From Mobula birostris (Eukaryota), in assembly GCF_030028105.1 (NCBI RefSeq), contig NC_092379.1, forward strand, positions 27,893,821 to 27,957,820: a stretch of DNA of 64,000 nt. The letters are read 5' to 3'. This document shows positions 12,831 to 24,800 of the stretch, piece after piece. Under the pieces are notes generated by a model. The model searched no databases. It saw nothing but the letters and a program-made list of their open reading frames with translations, and was not told where the DNA came from. Positions within the stretch are counted from its first letter, which is position 1, and the number at the start of each line of letters is the position of its first letter. Made by a program: the position numbers and the translations under genes.

Positions 12831-14489
12831 TCCCTCTATAGGTGTTATCAATCACCCCCTCACTATCGCTAATTATCTAAATGTTATTAACTTTCTTCAA
12901 TTTCTATCATGTCAGTTCAATTTGCATCCCATGTCTGCAGTGTTTGGCTCAGCGAATTAGCAAATGCTTGTCACAGTCTTTATCCTCCTCCAGTCCCTTC
13001 ATTACTGAGATGGATTTTCAGATTCCCGCCCTTAGATAAGTCCCCAAACAGCGCGAGATTTACCGTTGTAATTGTTACGCACTTGTGTTACACCTCGTCG
13101 AAGCATTGTTATTGACTTAATATCCGGTGTGTCGATATGCAATTGATCGACACAGTAGGACCCAGGGAGGTGAAAAGCGATATGCATTGTTTGCATTTCA
13201 CTCCCCCGTTATATTGCTCCGATTACAAATTAAGACACAAAATGAATCCCCATGAAATACCGCTTTAGGAAGAGCAGTATGTATTCTACTAATATCGACA
13301 ACAGTTTAATTTACTGAAGAGATCCAGACTTCGCTTGGAATACGAATATGTGAATGGTACTATTGGTGAGATAACAATGACTTGTTTGATTGAAGCAACA
13401 GTGTCGATCGATTTATAATGTATACATATTATATTTCCACTCTGTGCAACACTGGGTCTTTGAAGTGACAGAAATTATTCACAGAGATTACATAATACGA
13501 GCTATCGGTTCGATGGATTGGCTATTTCGTGATCTAACATACCAACAGGCCGGTATTAAGAAGCAATGTGCTAAAGATGGCACCTGCTACTTCACCGAGC
13601 ATCCAGGCTCGAATTCATTGTAGATATTCAGCAGGCTACCGGGGCACGGATTAAAGTCTGAACATATGGGTTTATAATTATTGGTTGAAACCAGACATCA
13701 CTATAATTGGATCATTGCATTTAATCGGTAGTCTATTCTAAGATGGGAAATAACAACCGTATGATGTGCTCCGAATGCTTTCCATTGTCATTTCATGACA
13801 GTTATTAAGCACCAGTTCAGAAACAGACAGCTCTTTGTGACACCACAAGGCAGTCATCAGAAATAGTTGATTTTCTTCATCGCATGATGCTATTGTAGTT
13901 AACATCTCTCGTGTTTACTGGGTAAATCCACTACATATGTGTTCCGAATGTGCGTGCACCTCATGTTTTGGAAGAGCACATAATGAAAATATAGTAAATG
14001 ATAAATAAGAGAATTTCAACCATGCATTCCTACAGGATTATAAGGCAAGATTTTAATTCATGAATTTTCATACACCCTGGTTATGAAACAACAACAACAG
14101 TACGGTGAAAGTTTATTTTTGAGGAGACACAAATGACAATTGTAATGCTGACGACTTGTGCAGATTAGACTTGAGAGTGACATGAATTCTGAAGCAAATC
14201 CGCAGTATAAAAAGTTCGGTGATTTTGTTTGTTTGCATGATGTGTAAAGATAATTAAACCTGATACAATGTGTTTTAAAGTTTCTGCTCTAACATCATTC
14301 AGAGGATAATCGCAAAATCCCACATTCGTCCTTGAGATTCTGAATTGCAATTTCCTGGTTTGTGTCAGCAGTGCCTTGCAATGTATAACAATTATGATGG
14401 TTTACAATATTAAGTGTATATGTAGTAAATAATTAAATAGGCAGTACAAAAAGTGGTGTCAGAGATACTAAGGCAGTGTTTTGGGCTTA

Positions 14490-14745
14490 TTGTAATTTCT
14501 GAAATCTGACGGCAGAAGGATGCACCTATTCCTGAAACGATGAGTGTGAGGGAATGTCCTCGGTGATGGGAGTTGGGGATGAGTCCCCAGTGATGCATGC
14601 CAGCCTTTCAAGGCATCGCTTTTTGCAGATGTCCTGGATGCTGGATCGTGCTATGTCAATGATGAAGCTGGCTGAGTTTAAACTATTCTACAGTTCATTT
14701 GTTCCTGTGCAGTTTCCCCACCATACCAGAGATTGATGCAGACCT
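14490..14745 (-). mobile_element. Old Rex1-like fragment shared with the V4 cassette
   Basis: Reverse-strand RT C-terminal remnant, homologous to 37195-37450 at the equivalent cassette position. Confidence 0.6.
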
Positions 14746-15253
14746 CCTTCACGTCTTAACAGCCTATACACAAGCAATCACAACTTCTATCCGCCGAATT
14801 AATTAGTAAGTTATTCAAAGAAAAGCTACCTGTATAGACTGCATATGAACACGTCAAGTTACCGTGGGCCGTGCTGCTTGTTACATTTTTGCCTTTCAGA
14901 TCAACATTGGAGTCGCTACGTTCTGCCCGAAATCCACGTCAGAGAAGAATAAGGACTGTTGTTGCATCTTATGCTGCACTCACGCTTCGCTACCCTACCA
15001 TTCATTCTGCTCGTACCCTCTCAGTCGATGAGCAAGCGCAATTTATTGACAGTCTTCTCCAAAAATGTTGACGTCTGCTCTCCTTCACTTCACCTTTGAG
15101 TGGCGCTGCGCTATTAATGTCAGCTCAGAAATAATTTGATTCCTTTGTTCTGCTCTTCTGCGATCGTCTGGGCAAAATGTTATTTCCTGCACTGCGTGTG
15201 AACGACATTTTTTCTATTGTGTCTTTGGAGATTTACCACCGTGCGTTGCCTAT

Positions 15254-15264
15254 TGTGATTGGTC
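15254..15264 (+). promoter_or_regulatory. V2 promoter inverted CCAAT box
   Basis: TGTGATTGGTC about 80 nt upstream of the ATG. Confidence 0.55.
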
Positions 15265-15343
15265 GGTTTGACCAATGTTTGTATATTTATGCTGTAGGAA
15301 TGAGTCTCTATTCTGTGGTCCCCGAATGACAGAGTCAAACAGA

Positions 15344-15835
15344 ATGACAGTGAAGAATTGTCTCACGGCGGTCCTCGGTATTGTGTTTCTTCTAGGTAAG
15401 AAATCTAATCACTGTAATATCCCAGAACACTCTGTAATTCTCTGTAACCATGTTTCTTGTTTCCAATGTAAGTAACCATGTTGTTCGAAGTAGAGCTTAT
15501 GATCTATTGATTATTTTTTTTTTTCCTGATAGACTGGAGCCTTCAAGACTCAGTGGACCAGTCAGTGGATGCAATAACGAGCGATGAAGGAAGTAATATT
15601 ACTCTAAACTGTACTTTACAAACAAGCAATGCACTCCCAAATGTTTTCTGGTACAGGCAGCGCAGCAGACAAAGACCACAGTATTTGATTTGGATTAGCG
15701 CAGGGAAAGTATACCGCAATGAAGAGGTAACCGAAAGATTATTTGCTTCATATGATAAAGATAAAAAATATACTGAACTATCGATAAACAACACCATAAT
15801 CTCGGACTCGGCGACATACCTCTGTGCGATGAGCC
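15344..15835 (+). CDS. TCR alpha/delta-type V gene segment V2 (leader exon 15344-15395, intron 15396-15532, V exon 15533-15835); apparently functional
   Basis: Spliced product MTVKNCLTAVLGIVFLL-D-WSLQDSVDQSVDAITSDEGSNITLNC...VFWYRQ...DSATYLCAMS. It has a hydrophobic leader, a phase-1 G|GTAAG donor, a polypyrimidine-AG acceptor, canonical V-set Cys/Trp/Cys and no stops, and is followed by an RSS. The alpha/delta assignment is inferred from the DS-x-Q start and YLCAMS end; no C region is present to confirm it. Confidence 0.9.
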
Positions 15836-15874
15836 CACGGTGCTTACAAATCTGAATTATTTCGAACAAAAACC
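15836..15874 (+). other. V2 recombination signal sequence (23-RSS)
   Basis: Heptamer CACGGTG 15836-15842, 23-nt spacer 15843-15865, perfect nonamer ACAAAAACC 15866-15874. Confidence 0.93.
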
Positions 15875-15898
15875 GTCTTTCACAGTTTCCTCGGGAGC

Positions 15899-15912
15899 TC
15901 GACAGAGGGCGA
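15899..15912 (+). promoter_or_regulatory. CTCF-like motif downstream of V2 RSS
   Basis: TCGACAGAGGGCGA matches 11 of 14 positions of CCRSYAGRKGGCRS; 24 nt after the nonamer. Confidence 0.55.
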
Positions 15913-15972
15913 ACAAATCAAGGAGAACATACTTACTGAAGTCGAGATGCTTCGTCCAATATTTCTCTCAAA

Positions 15973-16538
15973 CACAAAATAATCTGTAGATGCTGTTGTC
16001 AAAGGAACACTCACAATGCGCTAGAGGAACTCAGCAGGTCAGTCAGCATCAGTTGAAAAGATTAGTCGACGTTTCGGGAAGAAACCCATTGTCATGAATG
16101 AAGGAGGAACTTTGGGGAGGGTTTGAAGTATGCCAGTAGTTGAAAAAAAAAACAGTAATTTGAAAGACAAAAGGGTGGGGGAGGGGAAGCAGGGAGGTGA
16201 TTGGCAGGAGAACAATGCGCAGTAGTAGAAGGAGGCGGAACTATGAGGGGGGGTGATGTGAAAGAGGGATAGAGGAAGGGATGGGGGGGAATTAGCAGAA
16301 GTTGGAGAATTCTATGTCCATACCAAGGGGCTGAAGACTACGTAGACGGTATGTGAGGTGTTACTGGAAACCCGACGTACATTGGGAGACCGCTTCGTCG
16401 AGCACCTCCACTCCATCCACCACAACAGACAGGATCTCCCGGCAGCCACCCACTTCAACTCTGCTTCCCATTTCCATTCAAATATGTCCATGCATGGCCT
16501 GCTCAACTCCCATGATGCGGCTAAACTCAGGTTGGAGG
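15973..16538. mobile_element. Penelope-like element fragment (GIY-YIG C-terminus and 3' end) with an internal inversion
   Basis: Plus-strand ETRRTLGDRFVEHL..HFNSASH..RLE (16366-16538) is continued on the minus strand by ..HLTYRLRSLQPLGMDIEFSNF plus the 3' terminus (15973-16365). Confidence 0.8.
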
Positions 16539-17305
16539 TGGGGATTTCGGTTTCAGCTATTCAACTCACAATCATTCTTTGGGACACCCCTGTTTTCCTG
16601 GACGCTTGCGAAGAAAAATAATTTCAGAATGTATAATGTATATATTTATCTGCCATTAAATGAACCTTTAAAACATCTGACAATTAATTCTAGGCAGCGT
16701 TGACGCCATGAGTCTTAATTGAGTGGAGCATTGTATTTGCATTTACATGTCTTACAGTAAGAGCCTGTAAGCAACTTAATAACCACGTTTTAGCTTGTAT
16801 TAATTTTATCCAAAGTACTGAACATTTTGGATGAAATCACAGCGCTTATCAGCTGAAATCGTCTTATTGAATATGCACGATCATTGCTATTAATATCTCA
16901 GTTGAACGTAAACTGTATTTTAACATTTCACCGCTAGTAATCTCAAATATCAGAAAATTGTCCCGTATGAATTCTGCCCCTCAATTGCAAATGTTGCCCT
17001 ATCATCAGAAGACTCTGCACTGGTCCTAACGATGAATTCGACTACACATCTTCGCCTCGCAGATTGTCCTGGTGCCTATACACTGAATAATGCCTGTGTG
17101 TTGCGACATGAATAGTAAGCACCTTTCAACCTAAATCAAACACCTTGTGCTGGAAAGCTATATTTTTGTGTTTTGGGAAAATAGGCAGTAAGTCATATTA
17201 AGGTTATCATTTCAATCCTGGAAATAAAGATTGAAGACGGAGATTGTCGTCATTGTCTTAATTAAATACCGGACTATATTTATTCAGATCCCATGTCTGC
17301 TGTGT

Positions 17306-17445
17306 AAAAAACAGGAATTCTGCAGATGCTGTAAATGTAAGCAACGCGCATCAAAGTTGCTGGTGAACGCAGCAGGGCAGGCAGCATCTCTAGGAAGAGG
17401 TGCTGCCTGGCCTGCTGCGTTCACCAGCAACGTTGATGTGTGTTG
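17306..17445. mobile_element. 140-bp hairpin mini-element derived from a Penelope-like terminus, with 16-bp TSD
   Basis: TSD CCCATGTCTGCTGTGT at 17290-17305 and 17446-17461; ~40-bp inverted arms; empty paralogous site at ~12927. Confidence 0.8.
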
Positions 17446-17879
17446 CCCATGTCTGCTGTGTTTGCCTCACTGAACAAGCAGATTTATCACCGTCTTCCAT
17501 CCGACAGAGGCCTCTTTCTCCGGGCCAGTCATTACTAAGATGGGTTGTGTATTTCCCGCCCTTATATAAGGCCGACAAACTGCGCAGATTTGATCGTCGT
17601 AGCCGTTGTGCTCATACCTAAAGTATGCTGCTCCTCGTTTAAACATTGTTTTGAATATCGAGGGTGTCCATATGCAATTAGTCCATGCAGTAGGTCCCAG
17701 GTGGTGAAAGTGAGCATTCTAGTTTTGCATTTCTCTATCACAAAGTATTACTCCGACTGCAAAATTCGAGGCTAAAGGAAACACCATGAAATAGCGCTTT
17801 CCGACGAACAATATATATTCTAGTAAACTCGACAAGAATTTAACAAAAGGAACCATACTCCATACACCACACATCGCCC

Positions 17880-19420
17880 GAGTATATATCCCATGCAGGA
17901 GGGAATGGGGTGAGGTATAATCGTTTCTACCGTTGGTTCTTCAGTCTCCACATGTCGCTGCAGAGCCCTCTTGGTATGTTTGCGGTGCCGGTCAGGTACT
18001 GGGTCAAAACACATCTCTTGTCCCCGAGGTAGAAGGTAGTTCCGATAGAGAATATCGACAGGCCCACCTCCATCCTCAGGTTTCACCTGGAAAACTGGTA
18101 CGTTTGGCACCTCACTTTCCACTACATAGGTCGTACCCGTCAAGCCGTCAGACAAATTATGCCTTCCAGGTAGACACAAATTCTTTATACAGTTTTAGTT
18201 TCCAGGTTTGAGCTCGGAGAGCGCAACCTTTTGGTCATACCTACTCCGATTTCCTTGCTTACGTTTGGTGCCCGCGATTTCAGCTAATCCCGAAGCATTT
18301 TACTGCTCCCTTGTTATATCAGTCACATACTTCTGCTGTCTTCGACGGTAGATGTTCCACGCCAGTCCCAAAACAGAGTTCAACCGAAAAACTCGGCTCG
18401 TGCCTAAACATCAGATAATGGAGCCAGTACATTGTAGCCTCATTTTCTACACAGTTGTAGATGCGGACCAGATATCCAATACCGTGTTTCCACTTGTTCT
18501 TTTCGATTATCTTCAAGGTTTCGAAAATGTCTAACAAGGACGGATTGCGCATCTCGTGCAAGGGAACAACCGGCGAGACATGAGGCGTAGTCTTCCACTT
18601 CTCTTCTTCAAGCATACTCAGCTAGCTATGTAGGGCCCTACTGTGAAAATTCCGTCCTTTATCGATATGTATCCGCCAGGGAAGGCATTAATAAATGAAA
18701 TAGTTCTCTTATAATACTTTGAACACAGGTGACCCCCAATTATCCTTGCATACTGGTGTAGTGATCCGTAATGACCAAGTCACTCGCAATGTTGCTGGCA
18801 TATGGATCTATTGACAAAAGATCTATACACACCAGGTTAAGTGGTTCCGCACTCTTCATGTACGGCAACGGTACGGCCCTCGCCGGCAGCGTCTTCCTCC
18901 GTATACTGCGAATGCAGGACTCGCAGGACTCTTCAACCCTGGCTCCAATCAGCGTCAGTAGAACCGATATCAGAACAATCCATTGGTCTTGTCAACTCGC
19001 AAATAACCAGAAAGGTCCCACTCTCCGGCCCTTCCAGACATTCAAACGGATGTCGGGACAACACAGCGGCATCAATGTTCCTTCCTCCAGGCCGCTATTT
19101 CAGGCTGAAATCATGGGCATACAATTTCACGTAAGTGAAAGTATGCGTGTTTGTTGGCCGTCTTTACGTCACACTTGGCAGCACGGGCGTAGTCACTTAA
19201 ATTATGCACCGCAGCCTATTTCAAAGCCAAAAAATCCAAGTTGTGTGTTGGATTTTTTTTTTTCTCTCTCGGAGGATGACATACTCCGACCGTCAAATGC
19301 GACTGGTTTCAACCCTGTGGCCTGCTCTTGGTAAACAACACACCTGAAGGCTTCTTTACTGCATCTTGTGCAGTGCATACGTCAATCGGGAGTCTGCAAA
19401 ACTCAGCTCAGGCGTATTGG
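17880..19420 (-). mobile_element. Degenerate Ty3/Gypsy pol remnant (linker and integrase)
   Basis: Minus-strand remnants RPG..NIDAAVLSRHP, C..IRRKTLPARAVPL...PLNLVCIDLLSID...LVITDHYT and VPVFQVKPEDGGGP..LYRNYLLP. Confidence 0.78.
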
Positions 19421-20111
19421 CCAGCAGCTCCTTCAGTGACTGAAATGCCTCTTCACATTCAGCAAACCATCACCCTCTAAAATATTCTGAAGGACGAAGA
19501 TAATATTTACCATCCACTCATTTTCTCATTTTTCCTTTTGTCCCCCAGGGAGGGTAACGCACAGAACCTCATTGACAGGGTAACTCACTTTAAAGTAGTC
19601 CTTCATGAACCTCAGATTATACCCGCGGAAACTCGAGGAAAGATTGCAGGGACCTCACAGTTGGGGACTTGGCTAGCGGTTCACTGCAACTGTTTTAGGT
19701 GGATTAATAACTACTCCATCCCGAGAGATTATATGCTCAACAGGGGTGACAGACTTATCATACTAACTTTGAAAACTGCCATTTCAAAAGAATAGTCCAT
19801 CAGAATGAAACTCTTTTACTCAAGTTTCAGTAGCTATGTGGGAAAAAGATAAGTTTTATTCATGTTTCCCATTATAATAGGACTATGATGCAGTACCGGT
19901 GGATAGGAAGTGGTGCAGCCATATATGCACAATATCAACAGAGTGTTCCGAGGTTACAAGACACCGTATCCCTGACTATAGCTTGGGCTTTACGATGAGA
20001 GGACCCGAAAGCTGCAATGGCTGGATATGCTAATACTATATTTAAAGGGATCATATTGTAAGTTTCTGAGGAATTACTCCTTGTGTATCATGTAATTATC
20101 TCAGGTATACT

Positions 20112-20697
20112 GACTGGATCCAAGGGTGTGAAGCCGAGGGGTGGTAGTGGGGACAAGCTACCACTACCTAAAAGTGTTCCTCACGGCATGCGCTTCAAAG
20201 TGTCTCTGACAACCAAGTTCAACTCCTGGCCTTCTCGTGTTGCTCAGCCTCTAAACCCCGCGGAATGGTTTCTACTGGCAGGAGAAGGGGCTAAGGCGGG
20301 TCTGGTAAATGGAGCTCGTCAGCCTGGGAAGGCAGTCCACCAAAGAGAGGGAAAACTCTGATTTCAATCCTCCGCTGCATTGTAGGTATATCCAATCATG
20401 GGAAAAGGCTTCGGGAGTGAACTCTGAGGACAAATACGGAAATGAAGTCCCTCCTGAGGCAGTCCGACGTTGCATTCAACATCGTTCTGGTAACCCCTGC
20501 GATGACAATGCTGCCAAGCTGTATCGGCCTTTGCATTTCCCTTGGACAACATCGGTGTCGTGGACAGGGGACGCTTGCAGCATGGCCAACTGCCGGTATT
20601 CAATACAACCTTGCCCAGGCCTGCGCCCTGGAGAGGACACGCTAGTAGACTTTCGAGACGCAGATCCATGGTCTCGCGAGACTAACGGATGCCACCA
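20112..20697 (+). mobile_element. Non-autonomous retroelement whose 3' ~190 bp is shared with the SINE at 62850
   Basis: gccaagctgtat..cccttggacaacatcggtg..acaaccttgcccaggcctgcgccctgga..gagactaacggatg matches 62975-63145. The family assignment (possibly RTE-derived) is uncertain. Confidence 0.55.
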
Positions 20698-21889
20698 CTC
20701 ACTGAGTTGTCAAACAGAAATACCGCAAGTAATTTTCGTTTACAGCTTGCAGACGGGGGGATGTGTGTTTGAAAGCCAAAAATCATCGGATTCACATACA
20801 ATGACTGATTGATTCGTAAATACCTCTTAGGATTGAAAAATAAGCTTCAGATTTCTACCTGCTTTACGGGCTAGTTTGGAAGGTAGCAGCTCCATAAGAT
20901 AAAGGAATTAATCATTCTGGCGAATTTTTGTCAGTACACAGAAAATTTGGCTGAAATGCCGACTATTTCATAAAGAAACCTGGGAACAGGAAACATCTAG
21001 AACCAACAGAAACTATTTTCTGCTTAATTCATAAAAAATTACCGAGCTTCCTTTCCTGTTGTTCACAAGCTACCTAAATTCATATTGATTTTTTTTCACT
21101 TGTTTTGAATTTGCGCAACATCAACCACATCATAAGGGAACGGACCTAATTACCTAAGTTCGTTAAACGTCCATGCATGTGTACAAGGGTTGGTGCAGAA
21201 ACTGCATGGTTCAAGTAAGTGCTTACTTCAGTTGAAATAAATCTTGAGCTATTTTCGTTGAAAAGTTGTTTGTTAATTCGACGTTTAGAAAATTCTTAAT
21301 AATCGTCAACCGTAACTGAAGAAACTGGGCCGCATAGTCACCAATAGCTGGAATGTATTTTATTCCTTATTTTGAGATTATTTTACGTGCAATGGTCCAC
21401 TAGAATATGCATCACAACCAGAATATTAAGCATAAGCAGGGTACTCAGTTGTGTAACTCTAATATGGTCACGATTAACGCCTTATTCATTTGCTGTATAT
21501 CTATTTACTCTGAAGCTGAAACTTTAGACGCTACCATGTACTGACACAAAGATGATCGTTTCTCCCCCCCCCCCCCCCCCGCGTGGTCGTTATTATAGCT
21601 AATAATAGATGAAGGAGGACACACTTTCTAGAAATTTATCCACACATTAAATTTGCTTTGCTCTTTTTCTGAGTTATTGAGTTGGAATGCTTCGTCAAAA
21701 CAGAAAATGAAACAGTCACGAGTCCCACGGGTATTTACTCTATATTTATGTATTTATTTATTTATTTATTTATTTCCACATCTGCCGGAATTTATTTCCT
21801 CCCTCAGACAAAATATGAAACCAGTGATTAAAATTGCCCCAACATCGCGTTAGGCGACATTATGGTAGCGAAAACAACATACCTCACCG

Positions 21890-24800
21890 TGCAAAAAAGC
21901 GGTCAGTGAGTGAGTGGGTCAGTGAAGGAGTGGAGCTTTGAGGCTTTCACTTGACGGGCTCCGACAGGAAGAGGCGGAGGACAAGCTTGCCGCAGTTAGT
22001 CTTTACAATGTCTCCTGAGATGGTGATGTGCCTCTCATGTGAAATGTGGCAGGCTTGAGGGAACTCCCCTCTCCCGCAGAGTCACATCTGCCAGAAGTGC
22101 ACACGGCTGGGCGATCTGGAAGACCGTGTAAGGAATCTGGAGCAGCAGTTGGATGATATTCGACGCATAAGGGAGAATGAGGCAGACATAGATGAGAGCT
22201 ACAGGGAGGTAGTCTCACCTAGGCTGTCGGAAGCAGGTCGTTGAGTGACAGTCAGAGCGGGGAAAGCGAGGTTGAGCAGACAGGTAGTTCAGAGCACCCT
22301 TGTTGCCATTCCCCTGAATAATAAGTTTACCGTCCTGGATACTGGTGGCGGGGACGACCGACCAGGTGTAAGGCACGCTGGCAGGGCATCCGGCACTGAG
22401 CCTGACCGGTGGTGCAGAAGCGTAGGACGGAAAAGAGGATGACTGTCGTCATTGGAGAGTCTATAGTCAGGGGAGCAGACAGGAGGTTTTGTGGACATGA
22501 GAAGGACACCCGCATGGTTTGTTTCTTCCCCGGTGCCTGGGTCCAGGATGTCTCTGACGGGGTGCACGACATCATGGTACGAAAGGGAAAGCAACCAGAA
22601 GTTGTGAAACATGTTGGGACCAACGACATAGGCAGGAAGAAGGTTGATGTCCTGAAGTGTGAGTTTCGGGAACTAGGCAGAAGGCTGAAGAACAGGACCT
22701 CAAGGGTGGCGTTCTCAGGATTGCTGCCAGTGCTACACGACATCGATAGTAAGAATAGGAGGAGATGACAGTTGAATGCGTAGCTGAGTTGTTGGTGCAG
22801 GGAGCAGGGTTTTAGATTTTTAGAACATTAGGATCTCTTCTGGGGAAGGTGGGACTTGTACAGATTGGATGGGTTGCACCTGAACTCGAGGGGGAGCAAT
22901 ATCCTTGCAGGTAGGTTCGCTGGAATGGCTCGGGAGGGTTTAAACTAATTTGCAAAGGGGATGGGACCCAAAGCGATACAGCAGTAACAGAAGTGCATGG
23001 AGTAAAGCCAGATCTAACATATGGAGAGGCTTTGAGGAAAGAGAAGCAGAATAAACGGTGTAAAGACAGTAAGGTAGAAGGGCTGAAATGTGTGTACCTC
23101 AATGCAAGAAGCATCAGGAACAATGATGATGAACTGAGATCTTGGATACAGACATGGAATTATGATGTAGTGGTTCTTACAGATATTTGGCTGGCACCAG
23201 TGCAGGAATGGATTCTCAATATTCCTGGATTTCAGTGCTTAAAAAAGGATTGAGAGGGCGGAAAAAAAGGGGAGGAGGGGTGGCATTATTGATCAGGGTT
23301 ACTAGTACGGCTACAGAAAGGCTGGGTAATGTAGCAGGATCCTCTTTGGAGTCAGCATGTGTGGAGGTCAGGAACAGGAAGGGAGCAGTTACGCTATTGG
23401 GGATATTCTGTAGGCCCCCCTGGTAGCAGCAGAGATATAGAGGAGCAGATTGGGACGCAGATTTTGGAAAGGTGTAAAACTAACAGGGCTGTTATTATGG
23501 GTGACTTTAACTTCCCTAATATTGATTGCCACCTGATTAGTTCCAAAGGTTTAGGTGGGGCAGAGTTTTTTAAGTGTGTCCAGAACAGATTCCTGTCACA
23601 GTATGTGGACAGGCCGACAAGGGGGAAAGCCATACTAGATCCAGTACTAGGTAATGAACCGGGTCAGATCAGAGATCTCTCAATGGATGAGCATCTGGGG
23701 GACAGTGACTACAGCTCCTGGCCTTTAACATTATCATGGAAAAGGATAAAATCAGAGTGGACAGGAAATAATTTTAATTGGGGAAGGGTATTCTGAGGCT
23801 ATAAGGCTAGAACTGACGGGTGTGAATTGGGATGATGCTTTTGCAGGGAAATGTACTATGGGAATGTGGTGGATGTTTAGAGACCCCTTGCTGGGTGTTA
23901 GGGATAAATTTGTGCCGGTGAAGAAGATAAAGAGTGGTAGGGTGAAGGAACTATGGGTGACAAGTGGGGTGGAAAATCTGGACAAGTGGAAGAAGGCACA
24001 CCACATGAGGTTTAGCAAGCAAGGATCAGATGGGTCTATTGAGGAATATAGGGAAGCAAGAAAGGAGCTTAAGAAGCGGCTGAGAAGAGCAAGAAGGGGG
24101 CATGAGAAGGCCTTGGCGAGGAGGGTAAAGGAAAACCCCAAGGCATTCTTCAATTATGTAAAGAAAAAAAGGATGACAGGAGTGAAAGTAGGACCGGTAA
24201 GAGATAAATGTAGGAAAATGTGTCTGGAGGCTGTGCAAGTGAGTGAGGTCCTCAATGAATACTTCTCTTCGGTATTCACCAATCAGAGGGAACTTGATGC
24301 TGGTGACGACAATACGAGTGAGGTTGATGTTGTGGCGCAAGTTGATATTAAGGGACAGGAGGTGTTTGAGTTTTTAAAATGCATTAGGACGGACAAGTCC
24401 CTGGGGCCTGAAGGAATATTCCCCAGGCTGCTCTACGAGGCGCTGAAGAGATTGCCATGACTCTGGTTAGGATCTTTATGTCCTCGTTGTCCACGGGAAT
24501 GTTACCGGAGGATTGGAAGGAGGCTAATGTTGTCCTCTTGTTCAAGAAAGGTAGAAGGGATAGTCCGAGTAATTATAGACTGGTGAGCCTTCCGTCTGTG
24601 GTGGGAAAGCTGTTGGATAAGATTCTTAGAGATAGGTTCTCTGGGCATTTAGAGAATAATGGTCCAACCAGGGACAGTCAGCAAGGTTTTGTGAAGGGCA
24701 TATTGTGCCTAACAAGCCTGATAGAGTTCTCTGAGGAAGTGACTAGGGATATAGCTGAGGGTAGTGCAGTGGATGTAATCTATAAGGATTTTAGTAAGGC

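Noticed and set aside
17306-17445. CRISPR-like or prokaryotic terminator interpretation of the palindromes
   Set aside because: The DNA is vertebrate, the hairpins are single insertions with TSDs, and there is no repeat-spacer array.
17546-17572. CCCGCCC plus TATATAA promoter-like motif
   Set aside because: The TATA part is not conserved in the paralogous copies (13026-13045, 31703-31720) and no downstream gene is evident.
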